Source of the DNA: a virus | Taxonomy: Duplodnaviria; Caudoviricetes | Length of the DNA: 64,000 bases | Reading direction: 5' to 3' (one strand) | IMG/VR virus record: IMGVR_UViG_3300021254_000021 | Coordinates: 188,373-252,372 of that record | Shown here: in pieces, positions 47,528 through 57,083 of the stretch | Position numbering within the stretch: position 1 is the first letter of the stretch | Layout: each line of letters opens with the position of its first letter | The notes under the pieces: generated by a model | The model's database searches: none | What the model was told of the DNA's origin: nothing | The model's input: only the letters and a program-made list of their open reading frames with translations | Program-made: the position numbers and the translations under genes

Positions 47528-48103
47528 ATGAAAGGGACAAAACAGAATTTCATTAGAGTAAATCATAGAAAAGACATCACTCCATTGCAGGAAATGATGA
47601 TTGACCAATTCCTAGAGAGTACACATTCCAACCTAAAGGAAAGATCAAAGCAGACTTACAAGGTGGATCTTAGAAGCTATCTTCTTGGCGACAACAGAAA
47701 TGCAAGGTTAATTAAACGTTTTACAAATTGGCTTAGTCAAAACAGAATAACCTTGGTTGAAAGGAAGGTGACACCACAGGAAATTGAAGAGTTGACAAAC
47801 CTCTTAAACCGTATCTCTGATGTTTCCTCAAACAACACTATTGTTACTAAAGATGGAGACAAGGTTATGGGTAATTGGGTAAATGGAATACTGGGGATAA
47901 ACAAAGAGGAGATAGGGGAATACAAAGCCTTTACCTTCTGGGTTGATTATGGCGAGGAAGCAATACCCGAGAATTTCAGCATAGTGATTACCAAAGATAG
48001 TCTTTACAATGCCTTTATGGCAGAGATAACCTTACAGGAGATAAAAGATTTCATTAAAGACTTTAACGTAGTTGAGACAAACCCATTGTCCGATTACCTC
48101 TAA
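47528..48103 (+). CDS. hypothetical protein (N-terminus weakly like an integrase core-binding domain)
   Basis: F.....LKERSKQTY..DLR.YL; no catalytic domain seen. Confidence 0.6.
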   Translation: MKGTKQNFIRVNHRKDITPLQEMMIDQFLESTHSNLKERSKQTYKVDLRSYLLGDNRNARLIKRFTNWLSQNRITLVERKVTPQEIEELTNLLNRISDVSSNNTIVTKDGDKVMGNWVNGILGINKEEIGEYKAFTFWVDYGEEAIPENFSIVITKDSLYNAFMAEITLQEIKDFIKDFNVVETNPLSDYL

Positions 48104-48215
48104 CCTAAAGCCCCACTTTGTTGGGGCTTTTTTAGTTTAATGGGATGGAAAAAAGAATCATTCTCCCCTCGCGCCAATTTTACAAAAATATTTAACCAAC
48201 TTTAGAGGAGACACC

Positions 48216-48356
48216 ATGATTAAGAATACAGTTTTTGCTCTTTTCCTTATTGCTTGCCTCTTTGTCCTGTTCACCAATGTTGGTTTTGAGACAGCTCTGG
48301 CTATAGTAGGTAGGGGTCTGGATATGATGATTGCTTATGTCAGCCATATTCCCTAA
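48216..48356 (+). CDS. small membrane protein (46 aa)
   Basis: RBS GAGGAG; hydrophobic MIKNTVFALFLIACLFVLF. Confidence 0.6.
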   Translation: MIKNTVFALFLIACLFVLFTNVGFETALAIVGRGLDMMIAYVSHIP

Positions 48357-48433
48357 ATTGGGTATGTTCCTTTATGTGGGAGTTTCCTTTTTCCTGATTC
48401 CCCTTCGTACCAACTTTAAACTTTTTAAGGAGA

Positions 48434-48766
48434 GTGATTATGAAACACGAAAAATACTGCCCTTCAATAGGCCCTAAATTTGAGACGTATGATTGGCCTT
48501 CTTATATTAACTGCATTGTTAATTACCTTGAACCTGATACGAAATGCCACTATCTTTTACACTGTACTTTTTACCATATAGACAATGAATGGTATTCTTT
48601 GGCTAAAGACTATGATGATGTGGTAAAAAGATTGGAAAGTTTCTACAACTCTGGCTGTACTTATGAAGATGTGGACTTTTCTGTTCGTACTCTTAAAAAA
48701 GGTGTTGAGAAATTTCCTAAAACGGTGATTCTTAATATTCTGTCTGGTGTTAAGTACAGCAAATAA
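48434..48766 (+). CDS. hypothetical protein
   Basis: RBS AAGGAG. Confidence 0.65.
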   Translation: MIMKHEKYCPSIGPKFETYDWPSYINCIVNYLEPDTKCHYLLHCTFYHIDNEWYSLAKDYDDVVKRLESFYNSGCTYEDVDFSVRTLKKGVEKFPKTVILNILSGVKYSK

Positions 48767-48783
48767 TTAAATGGAGGTAAGGT

Positions 48784-49389
48784 ATGATTCTGACTAAACG
48801 TTTTGATGAGGCTTTTTGTTTGGCTAGTGAACTGCACAGAAACCAAAAACGAAAGAATAGTGATGTACCTTATATGACTCATTTAATGGCTGTTTCCTCG
48901 ATGGTCTGTGAGAACATTGAAACCCTCTGTAAAGATCAGAATCTTGCAGAGGATTATGTGATTACAGCAATGCTACATGATGCAATAGAAGATCAAGGTG
49001 GTTTTAGCTCTTATGAAAAAATAAAGGAGATGTTTGGACAGTTTATAGCGGACAGTATTATGCTTCTTTCAGACTGTGTACCCGAGGGTGGTATTAAACC
49101 AGACAAACCAACTCGAAACAAAGTTTATCGTGAAAAGTTAAGTATAGCACCAAAAGAGATTGTCTTGATCTCATGCTGTGACAAGATCCATAATCTTCGT
49201 ACAATGGTTTCGGACTATGACCTTATAGGGGAGAAGTTTTGGGGTAAATTCTCACAGTCACCAGAGAATACCATAAAGAATTATGAAAGTCTGGGAGAGG
49301 TCTATGTTAAAAGATTGGGTAATCACAGAGTGATTAAGATGTACAGAGAGGCTTTAGATGCTTTAAAAGAGTTGATCCCAACTACCTAA
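48784..49389 (+). CDS. HD-domain small alarmone hydrolase (Mesh1/SpoT-HD-like)
   Basis: A.ELH..QKRK...PY..H, LHDAIED, DKIHN. Confidence 0.85.
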   Translation: MILTKRFDEAFCLASELHRNQKRKNSDVPYMTHLMAVSSMVCENIETLCKDQNLAEDYVITAMLHDAIEDQGGFSSYEKIKEMFGQFIADSIMLLSDCVPEGGIKPDKPTRNKVYREKLSIAPKEIVLISCCDKIHNLRTMVSDYDLIGEKFWGKFSQSPENTIKNYESLGEVYVKRLGNHRVIKMYREALDALKELIPTT

Positions 49390-49458
49390 TACTCTATCTA
49401 TCTTAGTTAGCTATTATATAGAACTCTTTAGGGGTTCTTAGGTTAGAAGGAGTAGAGT

Positions 49459-51468
49459 ATGAGACTTACTAAAGAAAAATTAATTGGGATTGGCGGCGAA
49501 AACTTCCCAAAGTTTAATCAGATTGTTTTCCTTGCGGGTGGTGCAGGAAGTGGAAAGGGGTATATCTTACATAATCTTTTAGGGATAGAGGGTAAGATAC
49601 TAGATGTTGATGAAATATCTGGCAAGATTTCCAAGATTCTTAGTAAACAAATTGACCCTAAGAAATATCATGGTGGGGAGTTTGCCACCTTTTTAGATCG
49701 TTTCCGTAAGTGGCTTAGAGATCCAAAAACGAAAGCTAAATTAGCAGAAGATCAGGAAGACTTTGATCCAGATATTGTGGGTAAAGTTGAATTAAAGGAT
49801 TATTATGCCTCAATAGAAAAGCGAATTTCGGATATTGAGGATGGCAACACTTTCATGTCTACCGAGTATGATCCAAGAAAGACTGGTGATTTCTTTAATC
49901 CAAAAAATCCACGTGATGTCTCATTAAGATATTGGTTTCAAAAGAGCATTAAAAAACCATTGATAATGCCTAATTCTGGATCTAAGGTTGTAGATAAAGA
50001 TTTACCTATTGATGACCATACATTAGCAAATATGGTTATAAATTCTCAAGAAGGGAGAAGGCCAAATATTATTATAGATACAACCTTATCTTCCCCAAAG
50101 AAAATAAAAGATACCATAGACTTATTAAATGAAGTTTTAGAAAAGGTGGGTAAGAGTAAAGTTGACCCGAAAGATGTTTCTTTAGTCTGGGCTTTAACAC
50201 CACTAACCATAGCTACTCAGCAGAATGCTTCTCGTGAAAGAAGTGTGGGTATGAATCAGATGATTAGCACACATAGAAATTCCACACAGACAATGAAAAG
50301 TTTGTTAGGTGGGGAAGCAGAAAGTTTATACCAGATAAGCTCTTACTTGGATGGAGATGTTATTGTTGTCTGCAATAATGGAAAGAAACTTAAAATAACA
50401 AAAGATGCCCCGTTTGAATATCGGGATGATGACACTTCCGTTCTTTATTACGGACCAAAGAAAAGAAAGAGCAATGATAAAGAGGACGATGATTATCATG
50501 TTTGGAAAGCTAAACCTAATATTGGGTATATAGATGAGTATTGTGCTTTTTATGCCAAGCACCGTGGCACACCTTTTATCCCATTAAAAGAGTTACCAGA
50601 ACAACCTCTCTTTGGTGGCAAGTTAGATAATGGTGAAGTAATAAAGGTGGGGAATCTTTTAGATGCCTATACGATGCCCGCTTTATTATCCATAGATCCT
50701 AATGAGCCTGATGCCGACATAGACCTCACTTCAGTAAAACCTTTCACACAGGAGAATAGAAAGATGAACATTTTAGAAGCAAAAGCTAGGACATACCAAA
50801 AAGTTAAACAGGCTTTGTCTGGAAAGAATGATTTAATTAAGACATGGGGTATCATTACTGCTGAAAACCCAATGGCTCATTCTTTTAGTGATGAGGAAAA
50901 TGCTAAGAGAGATAAAGCTCTTAGACAGCACCTAGCCAAATCAAATCTTGAATATCTCAAGGTTAAAGGGCAATATGGTAATCCAGAGAACTCGTTATTC
51001 CTGATTAACCCATCTTTAAGAGATATGACAGAGATTGCCACCAAGTTTGGCCAAGAGTCTTTTATCTTTGCCACCAACTCTAATGATGGAGACTTTAGCT
51101 TTGATGCAGGTTACTATGAGACAGAAGCACCTGCGGCAGAGAAAAAGAAGTTTGCTGATCCAGAGTATGTTGGGGATCAGAATCATTCCTATAAGTATAA
51201 TAAATCCATTACTAAGAATAATATTATTGACCAGAAGGATGCCGACGACTTCTTCACCTCAATTAAAGCACAGGGTAGAAAGTTCAAATTCCAGATTCCA
51301 TTCTTTGAATCTACTATCCGTAGAGCGTATGAGAGAATGACTCTATGTACAGAGGGTAAAGATCCTGACAATGTTCAGTATGACCTTATGCGTACAACTT
51401 TAGAGGCTGATAATTATTCTGCTAGTGGACGTTGGCGTATAAGAGGATTACTGTATCACCAAGATTAA
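49459..51468 (+). CDS. P-loop kinase (zeta-toxin/AAA_33-like) fused to a DUF3293-like domain
   Basis: FLAGGAGSGKG, IIIDTT, QNASRER; C-terminal WGIITAENP..G.YG.PE.S..FGQES. Confidence 0.7.
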   Translation: MRLTKEKLIGIGGENFPKFNQIVFLAGGAGSGKGYILHNLLGIEGKILDVDEISGKISKILSKQIDPKKYHGGEFATFLDRFRKWLRDPKTKAKLAEDQEDFDPDIVGKVELKDYYASIEKRISDIEDGNTFMSTEYDPRKTGDFFNPKNPRDVSLRYWFQKSIKKPLIMPNSGSKVVDKDLPIDDHTLANMVINSQEGRRPNIIIDTTLSSPKKIKDTIDLLNEVLEKVGKSKVDPKDVSLVWALTPLTIATQQNASRERSVGMNQMISTHRNSTQTMKSLLGGEAESLYQISSYLDGDVIVVCNNGKKLKITKDAPFEYRDDDTSVLYYGPKKRKSNDKEDDDYHVWKAKPNIGYIDEYCAFYAKHRGTPFIPLKELPEQPLFGGKLDNGEVIKVGNLLDAYTMPALLSIDPNEPDADIDLTSVKPFTQENRKMNILEAKARTYQKVKQALSGKNDLIKTWGIITAENPMAHSFSDEENAKRDKALRQHLAKSNLEYLKVKGQYGNPENSLFLINPSLRDMTEIATKFGQESFIFATNSNDGDFSFDAGYYETEAPAAEKKKFADPEYVGDQNHSYKYNKSITKNNIIDQKDADDFFTSIKAQGRKFKFQIPFFESTIRRAYERMTLCTEGKDPDNVQYDLMRTTLEADNYSASGRWRIRGLLYHQD

Positions 51469-51681
51469 TCCATTTCTTATTATTTAGCGTATAAAGGGAG
51501 TAGGAGCAATTCTACTCCTTTTTTGTTTTAGGGCGATCTAACTTAATTGATACAAATACTTGAAATAAGCATCATGTTATGCTATCTATATATTTGGTGG
51601 CTAGTTCGACGGGACGAAAGATGATTTGACCGATCATTTGCCACCATTTATCTAGGTCAGTAACACAGGTCAGTTACCATT

Positions 51682-52548
51682 ATGGAAATTAAGCGTTGCC
51701 TTAAAATTAGATTGTACCCAACACCAGAACAACTTCAAGTGTTCGTCAAAACTGGTGGATGCCGTCGTTTTGTTTACAACAAATACGTCGAAGCAAGGGA
51801 ACAGTTCTACACTGATAACATCAAAGGTCGTAACCTGAATAAAGACGAAAAGAATAAGATTTACAAGTGTTTTAAATACACGACAGAAAAATACCTTTGT
51901 GAGATGTTTCCTTTTCTGAAAGAAGTTTCATCCGTTGCTCTACAACAAGCACGGCGTGATGCCCATAAAGCATACTCTGATTTCTTTAAGGGCAATAAAG
52001 GGAAACCACACTTCAAAAAGAAAAAAGATGGGTGTTCATTCCGCGAAGTCATGTTCGTAACTATGAAGTGATTGGTGTTGAGACGTTGAACTTAAAAGGA
52101 ATGATGCGTTTCAGTCGTAATGCAAAGAACTATAACGATGTGTCATGGAATAGATTTGTGGAGATGCTTGAATGGAAAAGTACATTCCACAACTGTTCCA
52201 TTGTCAAATCAGATAAGTGGTTTGCGTCATCACAGATTTGCAGTCGTTGTGGCTTCAAGAATGAAGCTGTGAAAAAGTGGAGTGTTCGTAAATGGGTATG
52301 TCCGTCTTGTGGAGTGGAAAATAACAGGGATCACAACGCGGCGATCAATTTGCGTAATGACGCTATAGGTAAGATTAAAAGTACGGTAGGAACTATCGGA
52401 ACTTATGCCTGTGGAGGACAGGGAAGCAAAACCAAGATTTTTGGTGATGTGGACTGTTCGTTGAAACAGGAAGTCCAATTCGTGAGAATGGATAAATCAA
52501 ATTCCTTAGAATTTGAAGCCCACCCGCTAAAGCGGGTGGGTAGTTCAC
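51682..52548 (+). pseudogene. tnpB: tnpB (IS200/IS605) with internal deletion/frameshift and intact right end
   Basis: KIRLYPTPEQ N-terminus; second frame IGVETL, SSQICSRCG, CPSCG, RDHNAAINL; RuvC-I region missing; end CCCACCCGCTAAAGCGGGTGGGTAGTTCAC. Confidence 0.88.
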
Positions 52549-52869
52549 ATACCTAGGGTATGATAGAGAATATGAATATAAATTAGAACAGGAAGACCAT
52601 AACCGTCTCCATGCCGACATAGAGTACCTTTACATTATTAAAGACACTACTCTTTATGGTTGTTCTGCTTGGGATATGTATGAAAAAGTTAATACAAATA
52701 AAGACTTGTTAGACCTTGTTTGCGTAGAGAAGAATATTTTATTTTTAGATAAATATTTTAATGATGATTAACCTATCTAAGGTTTAGTGGAATATAGAGT
52801 CTTTACTTTATTACTGGTAATAAAATAAAGACTCTAACTTACTTATATAAGTTAGAGGAGTTTATTGTT

Positions 52870-53556
52870 ATGAGACTTAGTAAAAACGAAACAAATAGAA
52901 AAAATGAAGCAGAACTAGATCTTACCTCAGATTATGGTCGTTTATATGATGAGGTAGGAGATCCAGAAGATGTAGCGGAAAGTATTGGAAATAAAGTTGT
53001 AAATGTTTTAAAGCGAATATCATCCAATATTGATGAAGCTGTTAATAATTCCGATACTGTAGAAGAATTTTTAACTAATCTTCAGTTTATTTTGGATGGT
53101 ATTCGTGGTGATTACTCTAAAAAGTATCCTCTAGGACGCTTATATAATTTATCCGGTGGGGCAGCACATTGGCAAACAGATAATCCTTGGACTAGGGATT
53201 ATACTAAGAAATTTACAGATGTTGTTTTTAAGGGTGCAGGTCATTTATTTGATTCCTTTGAGATAAAAGAGGATCAGGGTAGTACTTACGGGGATAGACA
53301 AGCAGATTCATGGGTGTGGCTTATAGCAACAGAAAACTTTAGTATTCTTAGAGGTCATAATAAAGAAGATATGGATAATTATGATCTTATAGATGTTGCT
53401 AAATTAATAGGAGATCGAGTAAATGGTAAAGGTTGGGTAACGGATAAGGCGTACCATGAATTTGTAATAAAGTCTCAAGGATGGAATTTGGGAAATATGG
53501 TACTTCATTTTCGTGAGGATGAGCCAAAACTAATTATCACAATTAGTGCTATTTAG
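52870..53556 (+). CDS. hypothetical protein
   Basis: RBS GAGGAG. Confidence 0.7.
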   Translation: MRLSKNETNRKNEAELDLTSDYGRLYDEVGDPEDVAESIGNKVVNVLKRISSNIDEAVNNSDTVEEFLTNLQFILDGIRGDYSKKYPLGRLYNLSGGAAHWQTDNPWTRDYTKKFTDVVFKGAGHLFDSFEIKEDQGSTYGDRQADSWVWLIATENFSILRGHNKEDMDNYDLIDVAKLIGDRVNGKGWVTDKAYHEFVIKSQGWNLGNMVLHFREDEPKLIITISAI

Positions 53557-53715
53557 GTATAATGAACATCTGATGATGAGATGGAAGCATTTGCCAGAGA
53601 GAATCATTTAGAAATTATTTTAAAGCTCTATTCTGTAAAGGAATGGGGCTTTTCTTTTCTATCTATAACTTAGCCATTTTGTTAATGCACATAACCATGA
53701 TTAAAGGGAGTTTGA

Positions 53716-54282
53716 ATGGCTAAGTTATACTTTAGGTATGGTGTTGTTTCGAGTGCAAAGACTTTAAATCTTTTAGCAACCTTGCACAATTATGAGCAAC
53801 AGGGCAAGAAAGCGGTGCTGATTAAGCCCGCAACAGATACCCGCTCCGTTAATGTAGAATCCAGAGCGGGGTTATCCCATAAGCCTGATATTGTTTTAGC
53901 TAACTCAGACAATCTACCTATTCTACTTTATCCTTATAAACAGTCTGGTGTATCTGCAATTTTAGTGGATGAGGTTCAGTTTATCTCGTCCGAGCAGATA
54001 GAGTATCTTAGACAGATTTCCGCTTTAAATGACATACCTGTAATTTGTTATGGGTTACGCACAAAGTCAGATGCTTCTTTATGGCCGTCTATTATTACCT
54101 TAATGGCCTTAGCAGATTCTATAGAAGAAATTAAGACGACTTGTGCGTATTGTGATCATAAAGCCGTCTTTTCAAAGTTATTGAATACGGACGGATTAAA
54201 CAGTAACGGAATAAAGTTGTCTTGGAATGAGTATGTCCCTGTCTGTGCAAAACACTATTATACCGATCCCGATGCAGAATAA
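53716..54282 (+). CDS. tdk: thymidine kinase
   Basis: LYFRYG..SAKT, SRAG, VDEVQF, YGLR, C..C, Y.PVC..H. Confidence 0.95.
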   Translation: MAKLYFRYGVVSSAKTLNLLATLHNYEQQGKKAVLIKPATDTRSVNVESRAGLSHKPDIVLANSDNLPILLYPYKQSGVSAILVDEVQFISSEQIEYLRQISALNDIPVICYGLRTKSDASLWPSIITLMALADSIEEIKTTCAYCDHKAVFSKLLNTDGLNSNGIKLSWNEYVPVCAKHYYTDPDAE

Positions 54283-54492
54283 GTTAGACTATAAAAAGAC
54301 TTATTTTGAAAAAAGGCTGAATGACAGTAAGGTATCGAAAAATTCTCTGTATAGAATAATGAAACAATTTGGCTACCATTACGAATGTGAAAATGGGCAT
54401 TACTACGTATATAGTTCTTATGAGTGGAAGGTGAAGCAGGAGTTTGCTCATACTGTAAAGCCACTCTTTAACACCTTTTTTGGAGACAAGTA

Positions 54493-54843
54493 ATGGCCAT
54501 CTTATTTGAGCTGTCCGAGGGTATTATTAAACAGGCCGCTTTAATTGCGGCCAAGTACCCTGATAGAACAATGCTGTCTGTTATAGAAGAATGTTTTAAT
54601 TATGGTGCTAAGTCTCTTTATACGGATGCACCCAAACCTGTACCGCCACCAAAGAGACTTATACAGGAATGTTTTACTACCCCTGTACATGAAGATACAT
54701 TATATGGTATACAGAATACCATAGATAATGTAGTAGGACAGGCCAAGCAGGAAGCAGAAGAAATCGAGGGTATATGTTACGATGATGTACCTGATGATTA
54801 TGGTAAACCAAGTATAAACTCTAATGGGGAGTTTGAATTATAA
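54493..54843 (+). CDS. hypothetical protein
   Basis: RBS GGAG. Confidence 0.6.
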   Translation: MAILFELSEGIIKQAALIAAKYPDRTMLSVIEECFNYGAKSLYTDAPKPVPPPKRLIQECFTTPVHEDTLYGIQNTIDNVVGQAKQEAEEIEGICYDDVPDDYGKPSINSNGEFEL

Positions 54844-54895
54844 CCTTATACCGCATTCCCACGGTACACTTTAAGCAGGAAGGTCTTTTGCTGTT

Positions 54896-55513
54896 ATGGA
54901 AATGAAGAAGTACAAGATTCGTGATGTCCTTATTGTCGCCTCTTATTTTACCCAATCAGAGGGGTATCACCCAGTGTCCGCAGGTGGAGTCTCTACTAAA
55001 GAAAAGGTATTGGAATATCTTAATACCCATGATGATGTAGAGGATTTATCTGAATATCAGCCTAGAGCAGAGTCCGCCGTTCAGTGGATTAAGAATGAAA
55101 AATCGTCTGATTGGATAGACAATATCCGTTCTTATCTGACTAAGAGAGAGGTTGAGGAAAAGGCTGTGGGTTTAGTTGCTTCCATGTTCTCTGGTTATGA
55201 TTCTTATTTAAAGAGAATGGATGCAAAGAGACAGTTACAGAAATCCGAGTTTCAAGGACAGCCGAAACAGTCTATCTCATTCCCAATGAAATCCTTTAAG
55301 ATTTTAACTAAAGGAAAATCTAAGTTTAATGAGAATAAAGAGTTTCATCTTACTCAGATTATAGATCAAAAAGGTAATGTGTATATTTGGTTTGCGGATG
55401 AGGACTTTTCAAAAGACCTAGAGGCTTGCCAGATTATACATGCTGTTGTTAAATCCCATAATGAAAGAGATGGAGTAAAGCAAACCATTATTGATGTGCA
55501 AGAAATAGCCTAA
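54896..55513 (+). CDS. hypothetical protein with OB-fold-like C-terminus
   Basis: D..GNVYIWF...VK.H.E.DG.KQT pattern. Confidence 0.65.
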   Translation: MEMKKYKIRDVLIVASYFTQSEGYHPVSAGGVSTKEKVLEYLNTHDDVEDLSEYQPRAESAVQWIKNEKSSDWIDNIRSYLTKREVEEKAVGLVASMFSGYDSYLKRMDAKRQLQKSEFQGQPKQSISFPMKSFKILTKGKSKFNENKEFHLTQIIDQKGNVYIWFADEDFSKDLEACQIIHAVVKSHNERDGVKQTIIDVQEIA

Positions 55514-55613
55514 CTCAATCTATCTTAAATATATTAAAGTGAAGCGGTGAGCAAGACCCATAGGTTATCTAACTTATGGGTCTTTTTTATTTGGTGGTTA
55601 AGGAGAGACAGTT

Positions 55614-56033
55614 ATGGTTAAATTAAAGAGATGTTTTGAAGATGAGGGTGTTACATCCATTCCTGCTTCCGCTTTCCCCCAGACAGCAGTCATGTATTAT
55701 GGGTTAAAGCCAGAGGCAAATCTTAGAGAATACCACTTTTACTTTGCAGTCTATGATAAAGATCGTTCTATTTCCTCTATAATAAAGAATGAGGAACGGC
55801 CAGATAAAGTGTTTAAATCTACTTCAAGACATACCTTAGATACGGATATGCAAAATTCCAGTTTCCTAACGGATAAGGATTTTGGGGCTATCAATAAATA
55901 CAGGAACGATGATACCCGTGCTTTTATAGGCTATATAGTAGAGCCTAATTACAGCGTGGATAAAGACACTTGGGATTACGCCAACGTTTATTTAGACGTT
56001 AATAATAACATAATTATAGATTGGAGACACTGA
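55614..56033 (+). CDS. hypothetical protein (MVKLKRCFE leader)
   Basis: strong RBS. Confidence 0.7.
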   Translation: MVKLKRCFEDEGVTSIPASAFPQTAVMYYGLKPEANLREYHFYFAVYDKDRSISSIIKNEERPDKVFKSTSRHTLDTDMQNSSFLTDKDFGAINKYRNDDTRAFIGYIVEPNYSVDKDTWDYANVYLDVNNNIIIDWRH

Positions 56034-56034
56034 T

Positions 56035-57000
56035 ATGCGCGAGTTAAAAAGAGGAATAAAGAAAGAATCCAAATCATTCTTAAAGAAAGAGGATAATAAC
56101 TACAGCCCAAATATGGGTGTGGATGATATTGAGGATATTATGGCCGCAGGGTTGGACTGGACACAGGCTGACTTTAAAGCCCCTTCTGATGAGCCCAAAG
56201 ATTACGATGATGCCTCTAAGCTCATTACAATTGCTCAAGCAGAAAAGATTATTGGTGAGCGCCCAGATGCTTCCAAACCAAAACCACCCACCTCTAAGAA
56301 TCCCCGTCCAGACACCCTTCGTAAATATCAGGATGCTTTAAAGACATATAAGGATCGTGTTAAAGAATTAGCTGAATGGGAAAAGAAGTTTGATCGTCTT
56401 GTTGCTCTTGTTCAGCTTTTAAAGAATACACATGATCGTTTAGACGATTTAAGAGAGGATTTAGCTAATTGGGCGGCTGTCAATCATGGTACATACCTTG
56501 TCCGTCAGGGTCGTGATAGTTATAGTTGGGTGAATGACCCAGTGAATATTGTCGATGGTTTGATTGAGAAATTGCATATTCCTGATGAAATTACCTCTCT
56601 GGATGATAAGGTAGACTGGAACTTTGACAATATGGACTTTGATGAGGATGAGGATGTTTTCCCAACTGTCCTCATTACTTTAGGTAAAAATATGCTTCGT
56701 TTGGTCGCTATCCCAGATGATTTAAATCAGATTAGTGGTCTGATTGAAGATTATGTGGACACCGTTCAGCCAAAAGATTTGCTTTCCATAACTAATGCTA
56801 AGATGGATCAGAAATCGAACTTGGTTTTACAGAATTGGAAAAACAATGATGTAACCAATGCCCAGTTGGATAAGGATAAGAAAGAGCTTAAACTTTTCCT
56901 AGCCGCTTCTGCATTCCTCAAAGAGATTCAGCAGTTGAATAAATACCCCAATGCTTCAAAGGTGGGTAACTTAGTCAACCATTTCTTACAGCAAATATAA
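56035..57000 (+). CDS. hypothetical protein (MRELKRGIKKE leader)
   Basis: 321-aa ORF. Confidence 0.7.
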   Translation: MRELKRGIKKESKSFLKKEDNNYSPNMGVDDIEDIMAAGLDWTQADFKAPSDEPKDYDDASKLITIAQAEKIIGERPDASKPKPPTSKNPRPDTLRKYQDALKTYKDRVKELAEWEKKFDRLVALVQLLKNTHDRLDDLREDLANWAAVNHGTYLVRQGRDSYSWVNDPVNIVDGLIEKLHIPDEITSLDDKVDWNFDNMDFDEDEDVFPTVLITLGKNMLRLVAIPDDLNQISGLIEDYVDTVQPKDLLSITNAKMDQKSNLVLQNWKNNDVTNAQLDKDKKELKLFLAASAFLKEIQQLNKYPNASKVGNLVNHFLQQI

Positions 57001-57083
57001 TGCTTTTTTGATTTGAATGAAGTATAATAAGGGTGACGGGACAATCTCGTCACCCTTTTCTTTTACTTTTGCAGGTTTGAAAG

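Larger units (their letters stand above)
12824..48420 (+). repeat. dispersed fixed-geometry intergenic element GGGG-N20-CCCC-N5-CCAAYTTTACAAAAAT (~20 copies)
   Basis: left half-site at 12824, 13668, 14021, 15027, 15410, 16369, 21691 (degenerate), 23254, 31573, 32476, 33211, 33740, 34158, 34274, 37377, 37740, 42119, 47460, 48141, 48377 (degenerate); C-run always starts 24 nt after the G-run. Confidence 0.92.

Noticed and set aside
12824-48420. GGGG-N20-CCCC elements as a CRISPR array or intrinsic terminators
   Set aside because: Copies are separated by whole genes; the interior is mostly unpaired and there is no U-tract right after the stem
51682-52556. Active TnpB/Cas12-like effector linked to the arrays
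   Set aside because: Internal deletion removes the RuvC-I region and shifts frame; it has an IS605 right end and no adjacent array
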